Of a stretch of 64,000 nt of DNA, positions 55,052 to 64,000 are shown piece by piece; position 1 is the first letter of the stretch, and each line of letters starts with the position of its first letter. The stretch covers positions 8,320,001 through 8,384,000 of the forward strand of contig OY762007.1 in the NCBI GenBank assembly GCA_963665115.1, read 5' to 3'. Source of the DNA: an uncultured Rivularia sp. (GTDB taxonomy: Bacteria > Cyanobacteriota > Cyanobacteriia > Cyanobacteriales > Nostocaceae). The position numbers and the translations under genes were made by a program. Below the pieces are notes generated by a model, which worked only from the letters and a program-made list of their open reading frames with translations, did no database searches and was not told where the DNA came from.

Positions 55052-55213
55052 TTACCGTTTGTCTAGTTTTTCTCGCGCCATACGTTCAATTACATCGCTC
55101 AAACTATTAGCACCTAATCCGACTTGTTTTTCTTCTAACCATTTAATGGCGGTTTCCGTCAAAGTCATAGTAAATCTACGCTTTGGCTCACCATAAATCT
55201 TTTTACCAGGCAT
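55052..55213 (-). CDS. Small ribbon-helix-helix (CopG-like) protein, 53 aa
   Basis: MPGKKIYGEPKRRFTMTLTETAIKWLEEKQVGLGANSLSDVIERMAREKLDKR; below the ORF-track cutoff. Confidence 0.7.
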   Translation of the reverse strand: MPGKKIYGEPKRRFTMTLTETAIKWLEEKQVGLGANSLSDVIERMAREKLDKR

Positions 55214-55355
55214 ATTGATAATAGATGCTTACTCATACATGATATGATTATGATAGATTATATCCTAAACTAATCAAGCAGACACAATATTACTCATCAA
55301 ATCTAAAAACATTATAATTTTGAGGATTCGCTTTTTAGATTAAGGAAACTTTCTC

Positions 55356-55796
55356 ATGGAATACCTGCACACAATGGTTCGCGTCAGCGACCTAGATAAA
55401 TCGCTAGATTTCTACTGCAATAAGCTAGGATTAGTCGAAATTAGTAGAAAAGACAGCGAAAAAGGACGTTTTACCTTAGTATTTCTAGCCGCACCCCAAG
55501 ACGTAGGCAAAGTAAAAGAATCAACATCACCCGTAGTCGAACTTACCTACAACTGGGACCCCGAAGACTACGACGGCGGACGCAACTTCGGACACCTCGC
55601 TTATAGAGTTGACGACATCTACGAAACCTGCGAACGCTTGAAAACAGGCGGTGTCACCATCAACCGTCCCCCACGCGACGGACACATGGCATTCGTGCGA
55701 TCGCCAGACAACATCTCCATCGAACTCCTGCAAAAAGGAGACTCACTACCACCGAAGGAACCTTGGGCTTCTATGGAAAATACTGGAAAGTGGTAA
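55356..55796 (+). CDS. gloA: Lactoylglutathione lyase / VOC family
   Basis: LHTMVRV, ELTYNW, FGHLAY, IELLQ metal ligands. Confidence 0.88.
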   Translation: MEYLHTMVRVSDLDKSLDFYCNKLGLVEISRKDSEKGRFTLVFLAAPQDVGKVKESTSPVVELTYNWDPEDYDGGRNFGHLAYRVDDIYETCERLKTGGVTINRPPRDGHMAFVRSPDNISIELLQKGDSLPPKEPWASMENTGKW

Positions 55797-55910
55797 TTGG
55801 TAATTGGTAATGGGTAATTGGGGATTGGGGATTGGGGATTGGGGATTGGGTAATTAGTAATTATTCTCCCCCCTCTCCCCCCTCTCCCCCCTCTCCCCCC
55901 TCTCCCCCCT
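55795..55910. repeat. STRR-type short tandem repeats (example; similar tracts at about 3273-3378, 6080-6192, 9213-9242, 41313-41392, 41920-42022, 45705-45837, 52160-52208, 61255-61330)
   Basis: Heptamer (TTGGGGA, TTGGTAA, CTAACAA, TTGGGCA) and nonamer (CTCCCCCCT) arrays. Confidence 0.9.
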
Positions 55911-55946
55911 CTTGACCCAAATCCTTCCATCTTGGAAACTAAAATC

Positions 55947-55958
55947 GACCAATCGGTC
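55947..55958. promoter_or_regulatory. Putative TetR operator GACC-N4-GGTC (second copy 56608-56619)
   Basis: TAAAA-TC-GACCAATCGGTC-TTAA before tetR and TAAAA-CA-GACCGACAGGTC-TTAA before the thioesterase. Confidence 0.7.
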
Positions 55959-55970
55959 TTAAACGAAAAG

Positions 55971-56564
55971 ATGTCCAAAGGCGAAGAAACAAAGGAAAGA
56001 ATATTGCATCAAGCTGCGGCGCTGTTTAATACTCAGGGCTATGCTGGTGCGTCTATTTCGGACATCATGCGGGTGACGGGATTAAAAAAAGGGGGAATTT
56101 ATAACCATTTTCAAAGTAAAGATGATTTAGCTTTACAAGCATTTGATTATGCAGTTGAGCTTATTAAGCAGCGCTATCGAGGTGCGTTGAAGAATAAGCG
56201 TCATGCAGTTGAACGCTTGCAAGGAATTATCAGCGTATTTCAGGCAAATATTGACAATCCGGCAATTGAAGGAGGATGTCCCCTATTAAATACTGCGGTT
56301 GAAAGCGATGATGCTCACCCAATTTTACGCGATCGCGCTCGAATGGTAATGGATTCTTGGCGAGATATGATTTGCAAAGTTATCCAAAAAGGAATCGCTA
56401 GGGGTGAAATTCGTCCCGATGTAAACCCCGATGAAGTAGCAAGCGTGATGATTACTTTACTTGAAGGTGCGGTAATGATGAGCAAATTGTATGATGATGC
56501 GATTCATCTCGAAAGAGCAATTAACCATTTGAATAATTATATTAAGGTTGAATTGCAAGCTTAA
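55971..56564 (+). CDS. TetR/AcrR family transcriptional regulator
   Basis: HTH GLKKGGIYNHFQSKDDL and GGCPLLN; ATG at 55971. Confidence 0.95.
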   Translation: MSKGEETKERILHQAAALFNTQGYAGASISDIMRVTGLKKGGIYNHFQSKDDLALQAFDYAVELIKQRYRGALKNKRHAVERLQGIISVFQANIDNPAIEGGCPLLNTAVESDDAHPILRDRARMVMDSWRDMICKVIQKGIARGEIRPDVNPDEVASVMITLLEGAVMMSKLYDDAIHLERAINHLNNYIKVELQA

Positions 56565-56666
56565 TGTCAGTTACAAAAATAGGCATATATTTTTTTGGAA
56601 TAAAACAGACCGACAGGTCTTAATAATTCTAAATCAAAAACAAACCATCCGTTGTTAAAATCTAAA

Positions 56667-57077
56667 ATGCTATTAACTCGCCCATTAGAAGTAGAAATCC
56701 CAATAAAAGTAAAAACATACGACATTGATTTTGCTGGAGTGGTTAGCAATATCGTTTATATTCGATGGTTAGAAGATTTACGTTTGAAATTGTTTGATGC
56801 ACATTTACCTCTCCATCGACAAATTGAGCAAGGCTATATTCCTGTTGTAGCAAAAACTCAAATCGAATATAAAAAACCAGTAAAACTTTTTGATAATATC
56901 ACGTCGAAAATGTGGATTAGTAAATTAGGTAAAGTCAAAGTGACTATGGAAGCAGAATTTATTTCCAATAATCTAATTTTTGCAACCGCTATTCAAACAG
57001 GTAGTTATATTAATTCGGAGAATAATCGTCCTGTAAGATTGCCAGAAGAACTATTACAAAAGTATTCACAATGTTAA
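56667..57077 (+). CDS. Acyl-CoA thioesterase (4HBT/hotdog family)
   Basis: DIDFAGVVSNIVYIRWLEDLR. Confidence 0.92.
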   Translation: MLLTRPLEVEIPIKVKTYDIDFAGVVSNIVYIRWLEDLRLKLFDAHLPLHRQIEQGYIPVVAKTQIEYKKPVKLFDNITSKMWISKLGKVKVTMEAEFISNNLIFATAIQTGSYINSENNRPVRLPEELLQKYSQC

Positions 57078-57832
57078 ACAATCAAAAACCGTTCCGTTTA
57101 ATCACCATTCCCGTGAGTCATTATTGCGAGAAAGTAAGATGGGCGCTTGATTACTTGAAATTACCATATGTAGAAGAACCACATATGCCACCTTTTTATA
57201 AATTTGCAACAACAAAAGCTGGTGGTGGAACTGTTCCCGTGCTTGTAACTGAAGATGGAAATTTTACCGATTCAACTGATATTTTGAAATACCTGGATTC
57301 AATAGTATCTAATGACGCAAAATTGTATCCTAAAAATTATCCACACCGTCAACAAGTTGAGGAATTAGAAGAATCATTTGACGAAAAATTAGGTACTGCT
57401 GTAAGAAGCTGGGCTTATTTCTATATAATTGACAACTCTAAAATTATCCAACAAAAATGGACTCAGAACGTACCTTATCTAGAAAAAATTTTATTTCCAG
57501 TAACTTATCCAGCAATGCGTTCGCTTGTTATCAAAAAATATGATGTTAACGCGGAATCAGCAGCGCAATATTACCAACAGGTCGAGAATGTTTTTGCAAA
57601 AGTCAGTGAGTTATTAGCAGATGGACGTAATTACTTAATCGGAGATAAAATTTCTGCTGCCGATTTTGCCTTTTCTTCACTTGCAGCACCAATTTTACAA
57701 CCACCACAACATCCGATTAAATCTTCCGACTCGCAAGAATTACCAGCAGAAATGCTATCTGCAACTAAAGAATTTCGTCAAACTGCTGCGGGTAAATTTG
57801 CATTAAATTTGTACGCAACAAAAAGAAATTAG
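57071..57832 (+). CDS. Glutathione S-transferase family protein
   Basis: SHYCEKVRWAL, TVPVL, DSTDIL. Confidence 0.92.
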   Translation: MLNNQKPFRLITIPVSHYCEKVRWALDYLKLPYVEEPHMPPFYKFATTKAGGGTVPVLVTEDGNFTDSTDILKYLDSIVSNDAKLYPKNYPHRQQVEELEESFDEKLGTAVRSWAYFYIIDNSKIIQQKWTQNVPYLEKILFPVTYPAMRSLVIKKYDVNAESAAQYYQQVENVFAKVSELLADGRNYLIGDKISAADFAFSSLAAPILQPPQHPIKSSDSQELPAEMLSATKEFRQTAAGKFALNLYATKRN

Positions 57833-57892
57833 TTTAACCTTTAACCTTTAACCTTTGACCTTTGACCTTTAAGCTTTAACCTTTAAACAATC

Positions 57893-58543
57893 ATGCTCAA
57901 ATTTTACTACAATCCTCGTTCCCCTATGGCTCGTCGTGTATGGCGAGGCTTGCTGGAAAAAGACATTCCATTTGAACCAATTATAATGAATTTAAATGGC
58001 GATCAATTTCAGCCAAATTATTTACAAATAAATCCTTTTCATCACGTTCCAGTAATAGTTGATGATGGTTTTAGGATGGTAGAATCGATTGCGATTTTAG
58101 AATATTTAGAAACAAAATATCCAACTCCCGCGCTGTTACCAAAAGACATTCAAGCTTTAGCAACGGTAAGAATGGTACAAATGGTTTCAACAAACGAATT
58201 TGTGCCCAAAGTGCTACCTTTGATTTTAGAAGATCGAGATTCGCCAAAATTTATTGAAGCCAAACAAGACGTAGAAAAAATATTAGAATTTTTCGCTGAA
58301 AACCTAAAGAATAACTCTTATTTCGGTGGTGATAATTTAAGCTTGGCAGATATTATTGCTGGGACAGATATTTCATTTTTACCCTATTTAGGAATTGATT
58401 TTAGTAATTACCCCAATTTGAATAACTGGTTTGAAAGATTAACGCAGCGTCCATCATGGCAAAAAACGGAACTTAGTGCAGAAGAATTTGAGCAATTTAG
58501 ACGGGTATTAATGATAATGAGTAAGCGCAAACAAAAACCATAA
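57893..58543 (+). CDS. Glutathione S-transferase family protein
   Basis: INPFHHVPVI, ESIAILEYL, LSLADI. Confidence 0.94.
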   Translation: MLKFYYNPRSPMARRVWRGLLEKDIPFEPIIMNLNGDQFQPNYLQINPFHHVPVIVDDGFRMVESIAILEYLETKYPTPALLPKDIQALATVRMVQMVSTNEFVPKVLPLILEDRDSPKFIEAKQDVEKILEFFAENLKNNSYFGGDNLSLADIIAGTDISFLPYLGIDFSNYPNLNNWFERLTQRPSWQKTELSAEEFEQFRRVLMIMSKRKQKP

Positions 58544-58686
58544 CGTAACCCCTCATTATCTAAAAATCCATAATGTAGAGACGTAGCAGTGCTACGTCTC
58601 CATATCTAACGGAACAACGCAAAATCTTCCTACAGCACCCCAATACGAATTATTTTCAATCCAAAATCCAAAATCTAAAATCCAAA

Positions 58687-59547
58687 ATGCAATTAGCTAT
58701 AGCCTGTGCATCTGGCAGTTTCAAAGGTGCATTCACCCACGGAGTATTAACAGCTTTAGAATCAGCAGGAATCCGCGCTGATGCTTACGCTGCTGCATCT
58801 TCATCGGTTCTCCCAGCGGCTTGGGCTGCAATCGGTAAAGCTGCTGAATTAGGTGTCAATTACTGGTTGATGGGAATGCAAGAATTACAGAAACCCGATA
58901 TAGGAATGAGCCAGGTTGTCATGGGTGGAATTAAAACTTTTAGTCCGCCCAAAGATAAATTATTTGCAGTAGAAACTCCAGAATATTTCGTTGCAGTTAG
59001 TGCTGTAGTAAATCCAGAAGCAGCCAGCCAAACTCAAGGAGAAAAAGCCAGACGTTTGGGAAGAAAATTATTAGTATCGGCTGCAAAAAAAGACCGCAGT
59101 TGGGTAGATGAAAATTTGCAGCCAGTATTATTTGGTACTCGCAGGAATGATTTAGATTCAAATATTAATAAAAACAACTTCGATGAAATCGCTTATGCAA
59201 CTTCCAGAATGCTTCACGCTTGGGATATTCCCGCTTGGATAAACGAAAAACCTTATATTGACGCTTCTTATACTTGTATGTGTCCAGCCATAGAAATGAT
59301 TGACGCTGGATATAAACAAGTGATTGCAATTAGCAACGAACCCGGTATATTTTACCGAGATATGTTTGGTAATACAGTAATTCCCGAAAGTTATCAAGGG
59401 GTTGATATTCATATTATTAAACCAGATACAGACCCCAAAGAAATGGGAGTCGATTTTACAAGTGCAACTCCAGAGGGTTTATATAAGGTTTATCAACATG
59501 GGGAAGAAAAAGGTAAGCAATTTTTCGCAAAAAGGGAAAATAACTAA
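58687..59547 (+). CDS. Patatin-like / divergent phospholipase-fold protein
   Basis: SGSFKGAFTHGVL (oxyanion-like), AASSS, IDAS. Confidence 0.6.
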   Translation: MQLAIACASGSFKGAFTHGVLTALESAGIRADAYAAASSSVLPAAWAAIGKAAELGVNYWLMGMQELQKPDIGMSQVVMGGIKTFSPPKDKLFAVETPEYFVAVSAVVNPEAASQTQGEKARRLGRKLLVSAAKKDRSWVDENLQPVLFGTRRNDLDSNINKNNFDEIAYATSRMLHAWDIPAWINEKPYIDASYTCMCPAIEMIDAGYKQVIAISNEPGIFYRDMFGNTVIPESYQGVDIHIIKPDTDPKEMGVDFTSATPEGLYKVYQHGEEKGKQFFAKRENN

Positions 59548-59750
59548 GCCCCAATTTCCAGTGATTAGACGTAGGAAAATCTATATTCAGGATGTTAAAT
59601 TGTACTGATTAAAGATTGGTACTCTCGTGATAATAGCGCTTATTTTTTATTCCAATTATCTTTATTATCTTTTCAAGATAATTGATTAAGCATAATTATT
59701 GCGAGAATAGCCAATATTTTGAATCTACCAAACATCCTTTGAGAAAGACA

Positions 59751-60296
59751 ATGAACGAGAATTATTATCTTAAATATACGATAACAATAGATGATTTGAT
59801 CGCTTTTAATATGTATCATTTCGAGAACTCTCCTAGTATGCAGCGAGAATTTCATCGATCTCAAAGAGGTATACCTGGTGTAATTTTTATTTTATCTTTG
59901 TTTCAGGCAATTTTGGAAAGCAAAATTCAAGTTTTAATTCATGGGTTGGTTGTTGCATTATTATTCTACGTATTTTTCACCTATTCTTATTATTCGAGTA
60001 TTAAAAGAAATGCCAAAAGAATGCTTCGAGAGGGAAGCGGTAAAGGAATAATAGGAGAACATATATTAGAGCTAACAGATACTGAAATTGTAGAGCGAAC
60101 AAATTTTAACGAAATGAAAAATAATATTGCATCTTTGGAGCGAATTGGAGCTTCTTCAGAACACGCTTTTATCTATATTAGTTCTATTCATGCTCATGTA
60201 ATACCAAGGTCGTCTATAATTGAAGGGGATTTTGAAGGATTTTTACAGGAACTCAATAGAAAAGTAGAAGCAACGTCACAAGCTTCTGACAACTAA
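59751..60296 (+). CDS. YcxB-like membrane protein
   Basis: Two TMs followed by a beta-rich domain ending AHVIPR; likely ATG at 59751. Confidence 0.75.
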   Translation: MNENYYLKYTITIDDLIAFNMYHFENSPSMQREFHRSQRGIPGVIFILSLFQAILESKIQVLIHGLVVALLFYVFFTYSYYSSIKRNAKRMLREGSGKGIIGEHILELTDTEIVERTNFNEMKNNIASLERIGASSEHAFIYISSIHAHVIPRSSIIEGDFEGFLQELNRKVEATSQASDN

Positions 60297-60424
60297 ATTA
60301 ATTTAATCGCAGTCAGATTATCTCAATAAACATAAATTGAAATACCCAAAAACCCGGTTTTTTCAAAAAACCAGGTTTCTTAATTCTCAGTGTTAACTAT
60401 TCCCTACTCCCTACTCTCTACTCA

Positions 60425-61097
60425 TTACTTATTCCCCTTCCCCATCACCCTTTTCGTCAAAGAAGAAATAAACCGATAACCCTTGCGAACAAAATCTAAC
60501 AAAGAAACAGGTACCCGTAATTTCAACGGATAAATCACAGGAAGATATATCCAATAATATGCCTTTTTAACGTTATCCCATTTAGAACAATATTCTTCAT
60601 CCAAAAAATCTGATATATCTACAACCAATCCTTCACCTTCATGCATCATTACATTACGCGCATGAATATCGTGGGGAAAAAGATTGCGGCTTCTTGCGTA
60701 ATCTAAAGCTTTGTCGATATCCTGTATAACTTGCTTGGGAACGGGAACACCTAATTGAGCGCAATCCCATATGGTGACTCCATACAGCCGTTTCAAAACT
60801 AAAAACCCATCTTCAGCGTAGAATAATTGAGAAAAAGCAGGATGTTTACCCAAACGATTGTAAACTTCTACTTCTTCCTCAAAGCCAGGTCTTCCCGGTG
60901 CGTAAATCTTCACTACCAAATCTGGAAAATCGGGATGATGAACTACAGCAGCGTAATTTCCCGTACCAAGCAGAATCCAAGGGGGTGGTATATGACGAAA
61001 CCTTTACCGGATCGTGAGGATTGACGCTTTCTATTTGAAGTTTGGGGAGTAATTCAATATGAATATTCTCAACGAAGCGATTTATCTGCAAATCCAT
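60425..61097 (-). pseudogene. Small Ser/Thr kinase-like protein, apparent +1 frameshift
   Basis: LGTGNYAAV, VVKIY, HDIHARN, VVDIS; removing one T at about 60998-61000 gives 223 aa. Confidence 0.85.
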
Positions 61098-61338
61098 AGT
61101 CAATAAGCACCCCAATCTAACGTTTGACGAGAAATTGCTTCTATTTAAAGTCACAATAAAGTTACCACGCGGCTATCATCAAATATAAGCGGTAACTACA
61201 CACAACTTTATTCTTTTTACGAATGGGATAAGGAGACAGGGGGATTTTTCTTTGAGGAGGAAGAGGGGGAAGAGGGGGTAGAAAAAACTTTTAACTCCTA
61301 ACAACTAACAACTAACAACTAACAACTAACTCTAAAAT

Positions 61339-62736
61339 ATGAACCCTATAACAGTAATTGGTGGTGGATTAGCTGGAACCGAAGCAGCATGGCAAATAGC
61401 TCAAGCTGGAATTCCAGTAATTTTTTATGAAATGCGTCCGCAAAAATTTGGTGGAGCGCATCATACGGAACATTTGGCGGAATTAGTATGTAGTAATTCT
61501 TTTGGAGCAATGGCAAGCGACAGAGCCGCTGGTTTGCTGCATGAAGAGTTACGCCGTCTTGGTTCCATCGTTATTTCCAAAGCTGACGAACATAAGGTTC
61601 CTGCTGGTGGTGCATTAGCGGTCGATCGAGGTGTCTTTAGTCAAAACTTAACGGAAACTCTCAGCAGTCATCCTTTAATTGACTTTCGCCGGGAAGAGCT
61701 ACGAGAAATCCCGGAAGGTATTGTAGTTTTAGCCACCGGTCCGTTGACAAGTCCCGATTTAGCAGAAGATTTACGTCGTTTCACCGGGATGGAATATCTC
61801 AGCTTTTTTGATGCTGCGAGTCCCATAGTTGTGGGAGAATCGATTAATCATGACGTTGCTTTCATGGCATCGCGTTACGACAAAGGCGAAGCAGCTTACC
61901 TCAACTGTCCCATGAATAAAGAGCAATATCTGAAATTTTGGTCAGAATTGCGTGATGCCGAACAAGTTGAATTAAAAGGCTTTGAACGCGAAAACGCCAA
62001 ATTTTTTGAAGCTTGTTTACCCATAGAAGAACAAGCAAGACGCGGTGAAGACACTATGCGTTATGGCCCCCTCAAGCCAGTGGGTTTGACTCCTCCTTCA
62101 AGCGCGGGATGGGGTAATGATGCTCCTCCTCAACAAGTCGCCGAGGGAGAAGAAGTTAGAAAAGAACGTCCTTATGCAGTTATCCAGTTACGTCAAGAAG
62201 ACAAAGCTGGCAAGCTGTGGAATATGGTTGGTTTTCAAACAAACTTACGCTGGGGAGAACAAAAGCGGATATTCCAAATGATTCCCGGTTTAGAAAACGC
62301 CGAATTCGTGCGATTGGGAGTAATGCACCGCAACACCTTTATTAATGCACCCCAATTAATGATTCCCACACTGCAATTTAAATCGCGTCCAAATTTACTT
62401 GCTGCGGGACAAATCATAGGTACAGAAGGATATACCGCCGCATCCGCCGGAGGTTGGCTAGCAGGAACAAACGCCGCCAGAATTGCATTAGGAAAAGAAC
62501 CATTAACCATACCCAATACAACCATGATGGGAGCTTTATTCGACTTTATTAGTTCCGCTTCCCCCAAACACTTCCAGCCAATGCCCCCCAACTTCGGTAT
62601 ATTGCCAGACTTAGGAGTGAAAATAAAAAACAAACGCGAAAGATACGGGAAATATCGCGATCGCTCTTTGGAGCAGTTATCAATTATCAATGAACAATTA
62701 TCAATGAATAGCGAGCAGTTAGCAGTTAGCAGTTAG
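61339..62736 (+). CDS. trmFO: Folate/FAD-dependent tRNA (uracil-54) methyltransferase
   Basis: [33 protein letters not shown]. Confidence 0.98.
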   Translation: MNPITVIGGGLAGTEAAWQIAQAGIPVIFYEMRPQKFGGAHHTEHLAELVCSNSFGAMASDRAAGLLHEELRRLGSIVISKADEHKVPAGGALAVDRGVFSQNLTETLSSHPLIDFRREELREIPEGIVVLATGPLTSPDLAEDLRRFTGMEYLSFFDAASPIVVGESINHDVAFMASRYDKGEAAYLNCPMNKEQYLKFWSELRDAEQVELKGFERENAKFFEACLPIEEQARRGEDTMRYGPLKPVGLTPPSSAGWGNDAPPQQVAEGEEVRKERPYAVIQLRQEDKAGKLWNMVGFQTNLRWGEQKRIFQMIPGLENAEFVRLGVMHRNTFINAPQLMIPTLQFKSRPNLLAAGQIIGTEGYTAASAGGWLAGTNAARIALGKEPLTIPNTTMMGALFDFISSASPKHFQPMPPNFGILPDLGVKIKNKRERYGKYRDRSLEQLSIINEQLSMNSEQLAVSS

Positions 62737-62824
62737 CAGTTAAAAATTATCTTCAATCTCGTAGTGCGAGCATCTTGCTCGCTAAAGAGATACATCTCCC
62801 CATCTCCCCATCTCTCCATCCCCC

Positions 62825-63553
62825 ATGCTTGAATCCGAACGCTATTTATTTGATTTACAAGGATTTTTAGTTGTTGAGAATGTTCTTAGCAACGAAGAAA
62901 TTTTAGCTTTGAGAAAATTGGTAGACGAGCAAGTTGCCATCAAAAATCAACCGGAAGCCTCTAAGTTACGGTTTGATAACTTGCTTTCATGGGGGAAACC
63001 TTTACGAAACTTGATCGATCATCCTCGAATAACTCCTTATTTATCTGAGTTACTAGGGGAAAAATTTCGCTTGGATCACAATTATGTTCATATTATCCGT
63101 AAAGGTGTAGGTCCCATCGGTTGCTATTTACATGGCGGGGGGACTCCCTACGATCCAACCCAGTATTACTCATTCCGTAATCATAAAATTTACAATGGTT
63201 TGCTCGCAGTTGCTTACGAATTAAACGACGTATATCCCGGTGATGGAGGATTCGCTTGTATCCCCGGCAGTCATAAAAGTAATTTGCCTTGTCCCCAAGA
63301 ATGGCTTAATTTAGAGTGTCCCAAAGATATCGTTAAATCAGTCACCGTAAAAGCCGGAAGCGCAATTATATTTACAGAAGCTTTGACTCACGGTACCCTT
63401 CCCTGGCAAGGAAAAAACGAACGCAGAACATTATTTTACAAATATTCTCCTCATTCCTATGCATGGCTGAGAAATTACTATAATCCCGACGATTTTACAG
63501 ATTTAACTCCATCTCAACGAGAAATTCTTAGAACACCCGGAGTTTACCCGTAA
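62825..63553 (+). CDS. Phytanoyl-CoA dioxygenase-family protein
   Basis: FDLQGFLV, IPGSHK, EALTHG, RRTL. Confidence 0.88.
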   Translation: MLESERYLFDLQGFLVVENVLSNEEILALRKLVDEQVAIKNQPEASKLRFDNLLSWGKPLRNLIDHPRITPYLSELLGEKFRLDHNYVHIIRKGVGPIGCYLHGGGTPYDPTQYYSFRNHKIYNGLLAVAYELNDVYPGDGGFACIPGSHKSNLPCPQEWLNLECPKDIVKSVTVKAGSAIIFTEALTHGTLPWQGKNERRTLFYKYSPHSYAWLRNYYNPDDFTDLTPSQREILRTPGVYP

Positions 63554-63608
63554 ACAGTGAGTAGTTATCAGCGAACAGTTTTATAACTCATAACTCCCTC
63601 TTCCTCCA

Positions 63609-64000
63609 TCACCCCATCTCCATTTCTTGGGAGTCTAGCCATTGCAAAACACGTTTTTCAAGCTGTGTATTTATAAAATTTGACCACTGATATGTTTGTG
63701 CTTCTTGTTTTAAAATATTTTGAACTCGTTGAAATGCTTGATAGCTATCGATTGTATTTTCTATTTTATTGCGAAGCCATCTACTTTTAATTGTGATCAT
63801 AAATGCTTGCATATCATAATAATCATGGCAATATTCATTAGATGGTAATCGAATAAATCTCATTTTTTCAGGAAATTCTTCTATAGAGTAACCGTCTAAA
63901 TACAAAAAATCACCGTTCATATTCATCGGATCGCCACTACCGTTATCTATAATAATTTTGCCGGTGGTGGTGTCCAAGTAATAAATGCACTCGCTATTTT
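63609..64000 (-). CDS. UPF0158-like protein, partial (start outside window)
   Basis: YYLDTTTGKI..FIRLP..MQAF..AF.R..W..WL pattern. Confidence 0.7.
   Translation of the reverse strand, partial: NSECIYYLDTTTGKIIIDNGSGDPMNMNGDFLYLDGYSIEEFPEKMRFIRLPSNEYCHDYYDMQAFMITIKSRWLRNKIENTIDSYQAFQRVQNILKQEAQTYQWSNFINTQLEKRVLQWLDSQEMEMG

Noticed and set aside
55619..55978. RGG-repeat ORFs (also 41916-42158)
   Set aside because: Translations of nonamer and heptamer STRR tracts, not credible proteins

Overview
Chromosomal window of a beta-cyanobacterium, probably a filamentous heterocyst-forming Nostocales member (inferred from form IB rbcL-rbcX-rbcS, an SSUL-bearing Rubisco activase, psaC, frequent HIP1 sites and heptamer STRR repeats). 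Housekeeping genes include ccdA-ccsB, queF, the SRP RNA, mtnD-mtnB-mtnC, glmS, psaC and trmFO. Accessory genes include a TetR-RND efflux operon, a TPR-CHAT protease, an RTX lipase-like protein, a 5xGAF cyanobacteriochrome and a TetR/thioesterase/GST cluster. The most striking item is an 809-aa Rubisco activase with TWO RbcS-like (SSUL) domains, one degenerate, separated by about 200 residues of low-complexity sequence carrying 12 [FY]xYP motifs; it is a candidate multivalent Rubisco or carboxysome scaffold. Seven minus-strand genes are each broken by a single +1 base in a short GTTT or CCCC run, most likely a systematic sequencing error. Intergenic space is crowded with GTAG-ended REP/REPIN-like elements, and some related elements sit in frame inside proteins. 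No CRISPR array, tRNA, rRNA or intact transposase was seen. All calls are by eye, without database searches.
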